This document shows, one piece after another, positions 40,320 to 50,200 of a stretch of 64,000 nt of DNA. The position numbers were made by a program, and so were the translations under genes. Position 1 is the stretch's first letter. Every line of letters begins with the position of its first letter. The notes beneath the pieces are model-generated. The model saw nothing but the letters and a program-made list of their open reading frames with translations, was not told where the DNA came from and ran no database searches. The stretch comes from Spirochaetia bacterium (lineage in GTDB: Bacteria; Spirochaetota; Spirochaetia; DSM-27196; Salinispiraceae): positions 64,001 through 128,000 of the forward strand of contig JBBRCZ010000007.1 in NCBI GenBank assembly GCA_038204425.1, given 5' to 3'.

Positions 40320-41777
40320 ATGAAAAGATCCCTTGGGTTTCTGTCTTTGATGTCTACTGCCTTGCTTTTGCTAACAAGCTTGAGTTGCAATCTTGCAACA
40401 AACACCAAAGCTTCGATTAGTCTCAGCCTTGGGCCAACAAGTGCCCAAAGCCGAAGCGCTTCTTCGTTTCTGCCGATGAATTACCAGTGGCAATCGATTA
40501 CTGTAGTAGTCAGTGCACCCGATATCCAGACCATTGCTCAGACCTTTACCTTGACTTCTACTACAAGCAACAATCAAATAGAGCTGCAAGTACCCACTGG
40601 CTCCGCCAGAACTTTTAAAGTGAGTGTAAAACCCTTGGATCCTGAGGGCATATTTGCTGTAACTGAGTTTGCTGCAAGTCAGACAATTGACGTGCTTGCT
40701 AACAAAGCTAACCAACTTGATCTACAAGTCAAACCTTCCAGCAGTCGGATTGTTATCCCTGACGCCCGCAACCAACGCCTTGTGATGATAGACTCACTTG
40801 CCAGCGGCTCTGCTACCTGGAAGACCCTGACAGCGACAGATATTAATACCGACACGCAACTGGCGACGGATTTCTACCCGCACGATGTGGAGATAGACGA
40901 ACAAGGCAGGATAATTGTTGCCTATGGGAAAAGTGCAAGCGGGGCCTCTTCCGGTGGCATTATTGCAATTGACCATTTTGTTTCTGGTAGTCAAGTGATC
41001 GCCTACGCAAACATAGCTACTTTGCCAACGGTTGGCATTGCCTACAACCCGAGCAACCAAACACTCTATGCTCTGGAAAGTACACAAACATCTGTTGTTA
41101 TCACTAAAAAACTCAAGGCTTACAATCTTTCGACAAATTCTATTAACGGCGTGGAAATCTCTCCAACCCTGGAGCCGCCGGATGTGTTACTACTACCACC
41201 TTTTGCTAATGCGTATGCACAACCATTTAATTTCGTTTCTAACGGAGCATTGGCCGTTGGGCCAGATGGAAGCATCTACACCACATTTTCTGGAACTGCT
41301 CCGCCTAACACCCAGTATCTCGCAAAAATACACCCAAATGGTATCTTTGACGTTTCAAAAACCTTTAGCGAAATTGGACTGGAGGCTGGTCAAAGGATAA
41401 GTGACTTGCGCTTTGTCGATGCCAAACTGTACGGACTTAGTTTAAGCACAAGTTACTATACGCAAGGTCAACTTGTAGAACTCAACCCCAATACTCTGGA
41501 CGTAATAAGAAGCTATGGTTATTCAACAGTCCCGCTCGACTTGCCAAGCGACGCTAACACTACACTCAACTTAATTCAACCACGAGCCTTTGCTGCTGTA
41601 CTCAACAAAAAACTGGTTATTGTAGATGAAGGTGGCGTTTATATTTCTAGCACCAAGTTTGACCGACTGCTGGCCTTGGACTCAGAAAACTTTACCGGTG
41701 CCGAGATTTTTGGCCAAACAGGTGATGGCAATGCTGGTTCTGGGAAATTTAAGTTCTACACTGAATTTTATTGTTAG
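40320..41777 (+). CDS. Surface lipoprotein with Ig-like and beta-propeller regions
   Basis: Lipobox LSC; Ser/Thr-rich; PHDVEIDEQGRIIVA, GIAYNP, LAVGPDGSIY propeller-blade motifs. Confidence 0.7.
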   Translation: MKRSLGFLSLMSTALLLLTSLSCNLATNTKASISLSLGPTSAQSRSASSFLPMNYQWQSITVVVSAPDIQTIAQTFTLTSTTSNNQIELQVPTGSARTFKVSVKPLDPEGIFAVTEFAASQTIDVLANKANQLDLQVKPSSSRIVIPDARNQRLVMIDSLASGSATWKTLTATDINTDTQLATDFYPHDVEIDEQGRIIVAYGKSASGASSGGIIAIDHFVSGSQVIAYANIATLPTVGIAYNPSNQTLYALESTQTSVVITKKLKAYNLSTNSINGVEISPTLEPPDVLLLPPFANAYAQPFNFVSNGALAVGPDGSIYTTFSGTAPPNTQYLAKIHPNGIFDVSKTFSEIGLEAGQRISDLRFVDAKLYGLSLSTSYYTQGQLVELNPNTLDVIRSYGYSTVPLDLPSDANTTLNLIQPRAFAAVLNKKLVIVDEGGVYISSTKFDRLLALDSENFTGAEIFGQTGDGNAGSGKFKFYTEFYC

Positions 41778-41798
41778 AGCTCAACACTTTACCTGGAT

Positions 41799-41840
41799 AA
41801 AAAAGGCTGTCTGGGAACTCATTCCCAGACAGCCTTTTTT
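41799..41840. terminator. Bidirectional Rho-independent terminator
   Basis: AAAAAAGGCTGTCTGGGAA-CTCA-TTCCCAGACAGCCTTTTTT between convergent genes. Confidence 0.92.
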
Positions 41841-41843
41841 CGT

Positions 41844-42650
41844 TTAAAGAACTGGACTGATAAAGACTGACTTTTCTAAGTTGATGGTGTCAAAAACTAG
41901 GCCTTTGATGCTACCTTCGATTACGACGCCTTCTTTTGAGCTTGGTTCTGGTGGTGGGTTGTCAAAGTGACAGCCAGCAACTTTGTTGCCTAGTGCATCG
42001 GTAAGGTCTACGCGGTGAGAGGTTCCATAACTGTTGCTGGAAGTTGTGACCCCCCAGTAGTTTCCGCTAATGCGAACAAGCTTGCCTTCCCAGCCAAAGT
42101 AGTCAGCAAACAACGAGTCCAGCGAAAAGATACTGTCGGTTCCTGCCATTGGGTCGGCCTTGACGGTACTTGGCACAGTTTCTCCAAGATCTACTATCAC
42201 TGCGTCTTTGACTTGGATGGCGCCATCCCAACTGCCGCTAATAATACCTTCTACAACCAGCAAAGCTGTGTTTGATACTTCCTTGCCATATTCTGCGAGC
42301 AGTGTTACCAAAACTTGCTTGCTCGTTTTGGCTTTGCGGTCGGCGGCTGCGTCAGCTCTTAGACTAAACTCGGTTTTGATAGTTTCGCTATCAAAAAAAG
42401 TATTGGTATAACCAGCTAAACGGACTTTTTTGCCTTCCCACACTGTGTAGGCAGCCAAAAGCGCTGCTGCATCCAGCACTTGCCCGGCTTGGTAGCTATC
42501 CGGTGCCAAGCGTTGCATTTTGGCCGGGCCAGCGTCCCTTAGGCCGGCTTGTCCACTTGCATTGTTGTCGACCTTTGCTCCACACGAACCTAGACCCAGC
42601 ACCATTACAAGCGCAAGAGCCATAAAGATATAACTAATTCTGTTGAACAT
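41844..42650 (-). CDS. Lipoprotein with two tandem OB-fold-like repeats
   Basis: Lipobox LGSC; repeated AY.VWEGKKVRLAGY / DYFGWEGKLVRISGNY and VVEGII.G / VIEGSIKG. Confidence 0.7.
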   Translation of the reverse strand: MFNRISYIFMALALVMVLGLGSCGAKVDNNASGQAGLRDAGPAKMQRLAPDSYQAGQVLDAAALLAAYTVWEGKKVRLAGYTNTFFDSETIKTEFSLRADAAADRKAKTSKQVLVTLLAEYGKEVSNTALLVVEGIISGSWDGAIQVKDAVIVDLGETVPSTVKADPMAGTDSIFSLDSLFADYFGWEGKLVRISGNYWGVTTSSNSYGTSHRVDLTDALGNKVAGCHFDNPPPEPSSKEGVVIEGSIKGLVFDTINLEKSVFISPVL

Positions 42651-42800
42651 AAAAATCTCCCTTGGACTTTAGTTTCGCAAGCGCTGGCCATGCTGTCAAC
42701 CAATTATTGACCATTGACCAGAACTAGCATATGGTTTGCACGTATTGGAAATATTTTGTGTTTAAACATTAGGTTTAGACAAAAAGTTATGGAGAATTAA

Positions 42801-43500
42801 GTGCGCGTAGCAGTCCTTGTTTTTTGCTGACCAACACTCTCTTTATGGCCTCGGCTCAGGACCTACAAACGAGCGCCATTGCGCAGACAATGCTGCCGGT
42901 GGGACCACTTGCCGAGCTTGGCTCTAAATCGCTTTTTGACAGCGACTTTGGACTTGCTGCAAGGTTGGGCTATCTGGGTTGGATTGCACCTCAAGAATGG
43001 CCTGATAGTTTAAATATGATTGATCTGACAGCCCTTGCTTCGTATAATTTTAAGTTAAGCGATGCATTTAGCCTGGCCGCTCAACTTGGCCTTGGTACAA
43101 CGCTTACCTTTGTAGAGCAAGCGCAAAGCTTAAACCTTGGTTTGATGTTTTTGGCAGAACCTGGACTTGCTGCCGAGCTAAAACTGGACACTACAGTGAG
43201 TCTGCAGCTTAAATTCGCTTGGCGTTTTTTGTTTGAGAGTCAGGCGAGCTACAGTGGACTGATGATTGGTTTTGGGGCGGCCTCAGAGCACCTGATGTTC
43301 GCCAAGATGACTTGGCTGCTGCGCTGGCAAATCCCAGCTTTCAACGCCCACAGGATCAAGCCCTTGATGCCCTGTTGGAGTTTGAAAGCATCAACGTTTT
43401 TCGTAGTCGCAAGACAACCCGTATTGTCTTGACCGACAGCTTTGCTTCCAGCGGTGGCAGGACATTCCTACTAAGGGCATGGGCAAGTCAAATCCGATAG
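42801..43500 (+). pseudogene. Frameshifted, truncated outer-membrane beta-barrel protein gene
   Basis: GGAG SD plus GTG 42801; frameshift in T6 (42820-42825) separates the signal peptide from ORF 42824; barrel-like strands; further frame changes after ~43280. Confidence 0.6.
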
Positions 43501-43581
43501 CAGACAACAACAGCCAAGAAGGGCGTAAAAAGAACCGACGTTTGGAAATCGTTTTGACCTTTGAATGATAGGAGACTTTAC

Positions 43582-44220
43582 ATGAAGAACCTTAAATTGC
43601 TCATTTGGTGCTTTTTGCTCACAATTGGCAGCAGTGCCTGTGGCAATGTTATCTCTTCTGCTCTTGAGGCTGCCAAGCTTGTAAAGCCCGAGCTTGTTGC
43701 CATTAGCTCTATCATTGCTGGTGCACGTATCCGTTACACCAACGATGGCTCAAGTGCCCGCTCTTACTGACCTCGCTTATCAGGCTACTATTGTTACGCC
43801 AGCCTAGCCCAGTGACAGTCAAGCCTATTTTGCCGAGCACGAAGTGACGCGTACTCAGCTTTTTGCAACAAGCTTAGCTTGGTTGAAGGTCTGACTCCTG
43901 TCTAATCAGTGGCTGGCGTTAACTTTGCCAGTCTTGCCTATGCAAGTATTCCAGTAACCGGCGCTAGTGGAATTGAGCTTGCTAAGTGGAACGGTGCAAG
44001 AGCCGCTTGGAATGGTACTGGGCCGCCATGGGCGCCCCTCGAAACGGTCAGGGCGGCACCACCAACACGACCGGCTACAGCAAACCCTTTGCGGGCAGCA
44101 ACAGAACTAACGCGATAGCAGCTTACGCAGTGTTTGGTCACTGGGATCGTTCGATACGTGATGCAACTAACAAGGCTCCAAGTGCCATTGAGAAGGGGGT
44201 GAGGCAAGACCTTGGCTTGC
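43582..44220 (+). pseudogene. Collapsed lipoprotein gene with Fn3/chitobiase-like and FGE/SUMF1 (C-type lectin fold) domains
   Basis: AGGAG-ATG, lipobox SAC, GARIRYTNDGS; then AFCNKLSLVEGLTPV*, VNFASLAYASIP, EWYWAAMGA, TTGYSKPFAGS in different frames with stops. Confidence 0.75.
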
Positions 44221-44221
44221 C

Positions 44222-47200
44222 TCAGGGGGAAGGCCTTCCCCCAACTACAATGCTTACTTGGTGAACGCTATCATCGTCAATCAAATCTATAGCCGTGCCG
44301 GGCTGGTCTTTGCCGTCGAGACTCATGTGGGCCTTTCTTGCCAGACTGTCCTGCTTGATTTCTATCTGATAGGTGCTTTGTCCGTACTGGTAGCTCAGGC
44401 TAAAGCCGTCCCAGTCTGCGGGCAGGCACGGTTGCAGGTGCAGCTGTTTTTCTGTTCGGCGCAGGCCAAGTAGCGACTCGAGCAGCAAGCGGTACATCCA
44501 GCCGGCAGAACCTGTGTACCAAGTCCATCCTCCTCGTCCGGTGTGGGGTTGTACGCCATAAACGTCGGCGGCCATTACGTAGGGTTCTACTTGGTATCTG
44601 TCCACTTGCTCGGCGTCGAGGCTATGTCGGATGGGATTGATCATGTTTGCCAGTTCCCAGGCGCGTTGTGAGTCATTTGATTGTGCAAAGGCCATGGCTG
44701 CCCAGATTGCAGCGTGGGTATACTGGCCTCCGTTTTCGCGCACGCCGGGCAGGTAGCCTTTGATGTAACCTGGCTCGAGGTCTGAGCTGTCAAAGGGTGG
44801 GTCCAACAACAACACTATGCCTTTGTCGCGGTCAACGAGGTGGGTGTCGAGCGACTGCATGGCTTGCTTGCTGCGCTTGGGCTCAGCGGCTTGCGACAAA
44901 ACTGCCCAACTTTGGGCAATGGAGTCGATCCGGCATTCGCTATTTTTGGCCGAACCGAGCACTTGGCCGTTGTCAAAGTATGCTCTGCGGTACCATTGGC
45001 CGTCCCAGCCATTTTTTTCCAATGCGTTTTTGATGGTAGTCGCTTCGGCTCGGCATTTGCTTGCATAGTTAGTCTCATTGCGCATCTGAGCAAGGTCTGC
45101 AAAGTCTTGCAGGGTCTTGTACAGGAAGAACCCCAGCCAGACGCTCTCGCCTTTGCCTTGATCACCGACGGTGTTCATGCCATCGTTCCAGTCGCCACTC
45201 CCCATCAAGGGCAGGCCGTTAACGCCGTAACGTTTGCCGTGTTCTAAGGCGCGCTGGCAATGCTCGTAAAGGCTTGCAGTTTCGCCAGAAGAAGCTGGCA
45301 GGTCGTAGTAACTCTCCTCATCACGATTGAGCTGGCGACCGGTGATAAACTCCAGCTCTTGGTCGAGGATGCTTGTGTCGCCTGTGCAATTGACGTAACG
45401 TGCAACAGCCAAGGGCAACCACAAAAAGTCGTCAGAGCAGCGCGTTCGCACGCCTTTGCCACTTGGCGGATGCCACCAATGCTGCACGTCACCCTCTACA
45501 AATTGATGCCTTGCGCACAAGAGGATTTGTTGTTTTAGTAGCTCCGGCTGGGCATGCACCAGCGCCAGCGAGTCTTGCAATTGGTCACGAAACCCAAACG
45601 CTCCACCTGACTGATAGTATCCGCTGCGGGCCCAGAGTCGAGCCGCAATCGTCTGATAGAGTAGCCATCCGTTTACCAAGAGGTCCAGGGCGAGATCAGG
45701 AGTTTTTACTTGTACCACGCCGAGTTGACGTGTCCAATGTTCTTTAACTTTGTCGAGCGCTTGGTGAACGGCGTAGGGTCCACGATATTTGCGCACCAAG
45801 CGACTGGCATGGTGCTTTTCGCTGCCAAGGCCTAGGCTAAAGCAGAGCTCACTTTCTGTGCCATCAGCCAAGCTTAGTTGGCTCTGCAGCGCCGCGCAGG
45901 GGTCCAGGGCAGCGCCGACTCGTCCAGAAAGGTGCGACTTGAGCATAGCGGCGGGGCAGCAGAGCTGACCATTGCGACCCAAAAATTCGCTGCGGTCGGC
46001 ACCATAGCTTGCTTGATTGTCGTCACAGGCAAAAAAAGCTACCCTATTCTCAAAGTCCATGCTGTAGTTGTTGCGGGCCAAAATAGCACTAGAACTCGGG
46101 TCAAGCTCGGTAACCAGGTGCATGGCAGTTTTGGAGCGCAGGTCGCCCAAGACCCATTCCACATAGCCGGTAACTGACAAGTGCCGTTGGCGACCTGAGT
46201 GATTTTTCAATTTTACCAGGCTAAACTTGACGCTGTCGTCGAGGGCCACAAAAACTGTCACTTCACAAATGATGCCATTGTAGTCGCCTGTAAAGACGCT
46301 GTAGCCAAAGCCGTGCCTTACTTGCAAGGACTGGTTTTTGTCTTTGTCGGGCACCATCGGCATCCAAAACTGGCCGGTTTCTTCGTCTCTGACGTAGATG
46401 CATTCGCCGCTGGGGTCGCCTATCGGATCATTGTGCCAAGGGCTTAGGCGAAACTCGTGGGCGTTTTCTGCCCAGGTGTAGGCACTACCCCCAGCACTTA
46501 CTACGGTTCCAAAATGGGGGTTTGCTAAGACGTTTACCCAAGGCATTGGACTTACTTTGCCTTCGCTTGAGTTTATTACATATTCGCGACCGTCGGCACT
46601 AAAGCCACCATGTCCGTTAAAAAACAACAAGTTGGCATTGCTGGCAACTGCTACATTTGCATGCTCGTTTCTAATGCCTCGGCTGGGCAAAAAGGCGGGC
46701 GCAGATTTTCTGACGCTACGGCTGCGATTCAGTTGTTCTTCCAAAGTGCCACGACTATCAGATAGGATCACGCGTGCGCTGGCTTGGATCAGAATGCGAT
46801 CCTCAACCGAAATCTGGTCGGATGACCTAAGATAGACGCCACCTGGTGTGCCATTGAGACTTGCTTGAGCGCCAGTTGCCAAAAGACCCATGATTTGGTC
46901 GTTAAGAATCTGTCGGTAACCGGCGTGATCTTCGTTCCAAATTACTAAGTCTACTGTCAAGCCTTTGAGACGCCAGTATTGGTGGGCTTGGATAACTTGT
47001 CGCACCAGCTCTAAGTTGCTGCTGTCTTCTATCTGCACCAAAACTATCGGCAGGTCGCCTGAGATTGAGTAACCCCACAAGCCCGACTGTCCACGCTTGT
47101 TTTGGCTAATTAGTGCTGGATCGGCTCGCAATTTACCGTTGGCAAAAATAACCGCCGCCGCCAACTGACAGTACAATTGCGCCTCAATTACCGAGACATT

Positions 47201-50200
47201 GAGCTGGCGCAAAACAACGTGGCTGTGTGACCAGGAGAGGTCAAAGACCCGGTCGGCCATGCGCTGATCCTGATATTTGCCAATCAAGTTGGACGCCCCA
47301 TTGCGCGTGGCAGCTATGCCTTGAATAATATCTATGGTGGCAACTTGGTCTGGTTCGAGTACTATTTTGTAGCGAATCGCCACCACCGGATCCAAGACCG
47401 GACCCACTGTGCCGGAAAGTGGTTCGTGACCTTGCATGGCCAATGGATTGGCGGGACTGCGACCACGCCCAATAAAACGGGCCCTGTCAGTTTCGTATGA
47501 TATGCTTTGGGCATCGGCACCGTACAAGTTCATTTGTTGAAAAAACCAAGGCGACTTTTCATCCTTGGAGCGCGGCCTACGATGTCCGAGTAAGGCATGT
47601 CGCACGCTATCCAACTCAGTTTGAACAAAGAGATTGCCAAAGGCTGGATGCTGGGCATCAACTCCAATTGGCGACAAGACCAACTCTGCATAGGACGTGA
47701 TCTCTATCTCGCGTCTTACGCGACTGCGATTGTTGATCTTGGTTCTTCGCAGTTCGATATCGTCGTCGGGAGAAACCAAGACGGTGGTATGGCAGTCCAA
47801 ACCAAAGTCACTGCGCATAATTTCGGCACGGCCTTCAGAAAAGATGACTTCGTAGCTTCGTGGTTTTTTGAGCGTTGGTTGAAATCCAAGCGACCAAAAC
47901 TGGCCAGTGCCAAGGTCGCGCACATAGGCAAACGAACCCCAGTTGTCAGCCGTAGTATCTTCACGCCATCGAGTTAGTGCCATCTCATTCCATCGGCTAT
48001 AACCGGCACCACTGTTGGTCAGCATCACGTGGTAGCTACCGTTAGACAAGAGTTGCACCTCGGGCGTTGTGCTATCGGCATTGGAAAACAGTCTTACCGG
48101 CAGGTCTGGTTTGTTGTAGTTGAGTTTGATCTCGGCCGATTCGCTGGCATGACTGTACATAACCATGTCTTTTGGCATGCGTTCTTGCAGCAACAAGGTG
48201 GTAGCTGCAAACATTGGTTCGGCCACAAAGCGCTTTTGCATAGGCTGACCATGAAGTACGTAGGAAAGTGCGAGCAGACTCATGCCTTGGTGATGGGCCA
48301 TAAACGACTTGACTATCGCTTTGCTCTCGCCGTGTAACAGCCGACCAGTGGTATAATCTACCGCCTCATAAAAGCCAAACTCTCCCTCAAAACCCTCGTC
48401 AGTCATTCGTTCTAAATTATCGCAGGCCGCTTTAGCGTCTACCATGAGCGCCATAGTGGATGCGTAGGGCGCAATCACCAGATCATCGGCAAGCCCGCGC
48501 TTGAGGCCAAGGCCCGGAATGCCAAAGGCGCGATATTGGTAATTCTGAGCTGCGTCAATCAAATAGTAGCCCGATTCAGATACACCCCAAGGAATGCCGC
48601 GCAGTTTTCCGTATTCAATCTGGCGTTTTACGCAGGAACTATAGGTTTGATCGAGCAACGAATGGTCGTAATTGGGCATGAGCAAAAGTGGCATCAGGTA
48701 CTCAAACATAGAACCACTCCAGGACAACAAAACCGAGCAGGTCCCAACGCTAGTAAGTTGGCGCCCGAGGGCAAACCAGTTCTCCTGCCCAATTCCGCCC
48801 TGAGCAATCGCCACAAAACTTGCCAGCCGTGCTTCGGAGGCTAGCAGATCATAAGAACCTGCGTCACAACGGCGCTGGTCAACATTGTAGCCGATCGAGA
48901 AAAGCTTCCGTCCGCCATCATACAAGAAGCCATATTCCATAGTGGCAAAATCGCCAGCTGTTTGCGCCAATTCTTCTAGTTCTTCTAAGCGAAGAGAGGC
49001 CTTTTCTGCTGAGTTGGCAAGCATTTCACCTAGGCGGCCAGCATCGTCAATTCCTTGCGCTCTCAAAATTGTCTGCCCCAAAGTCTGGGCAAGCTGTCTG
49101 AGGCTCGGTACGTTGTTGAGTCCACTCAATGCCAAAGCTTCGGCCGGCTCGCTGCACCAAGGCGCAAAAAATTGCAGTTGTTCCAGAGCACGCTCGGCTT
49201 GACCGAGCATGGCCGCAACACCAGCACGCAAGTTCTGCTCGCTGCCTTGCATCTGAGTGTTTAAGCTTGTACAGGCATGAACCACATCGGTCATGGCCTG
49301 ATAAAGCTGGGCAAGACTTAGCGTTGGTTGGGTGCTTTGACCGTTAGATACCTTACCGCTTAAAGTGCTGGAAAAACTGCTTAGTAGTTTTTCGAGTCGT
49401 TTGTGTAAGTCGACAGTGATGGGGCTTGGAGCAAATTCTATGAGCGCCAGACTATCTGCCATACCCTCAAAAAACCGTGGCGCTACAATCGGGTCGTCGG
49501 CCGCAGACTTTAGTCCTGACTTTAGAACAAGCAAGTAACCAGCCAAGTTGCCGCTGTCAACTGTTGAGACGTAGCGTGGATTGAGTGGCCTAAGTGATTG
49601 CGTATCGTACCAGTTGTAAAAATGACCTCGATAGCGTTCTAAACCGGCCATGGTTTGCAATGTTTTTTTGCAGCGTTCTTGGCAATCAAGCAGAGTCTGA
49701 TAGCCAAAGTCATAAGCGCTCAGGTTGTTTAACAATGAAAAACCAATATTGGTTGGTGACGTCCGATGAGCAACTGTCCTGACAGGATGTTCTTGAACAT
49801 TGTCTGGTGGCAACCAATTATCTTCTTCGCCAACAAAAGTCTCAAAAAATCCCCAAATCTTACGTGCGAGCCTTCTCAAATACAATCGCTGCTGATCATC
49901 AAGGTCAACTCTTTTGCGCACTATTGGACGGCTGGCTTGCCAGGTAATAAAAGGGGATGCAAACCATGCCAACAAGAACGGACTTGCCACCAAAAGACTT
50001 AAGGGCGCAAGGAATGCCAAAACACCCGTCAAAAGCCCCGAAAAAAGTGACGCAACGCCCATTTTTTTTATTGAATCCAAGAGACTATTATTTTTGCTGA
50101 TCCTTGCGCTGGCCGCAGTATTCCACTCAAGTAAGCGGGTGTGCGATACCATCATGCGCCATAAACTTTTTAGCAAGGAAAGTAAGCTGTAGTAGGCTTC

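Noticed and set aside
42800..44300. Diversity-generating retroelement
   Set aside because: An FGE/CLec relic is present, but there is no reverse transcriptase, Avd or TR/VR pair in the window
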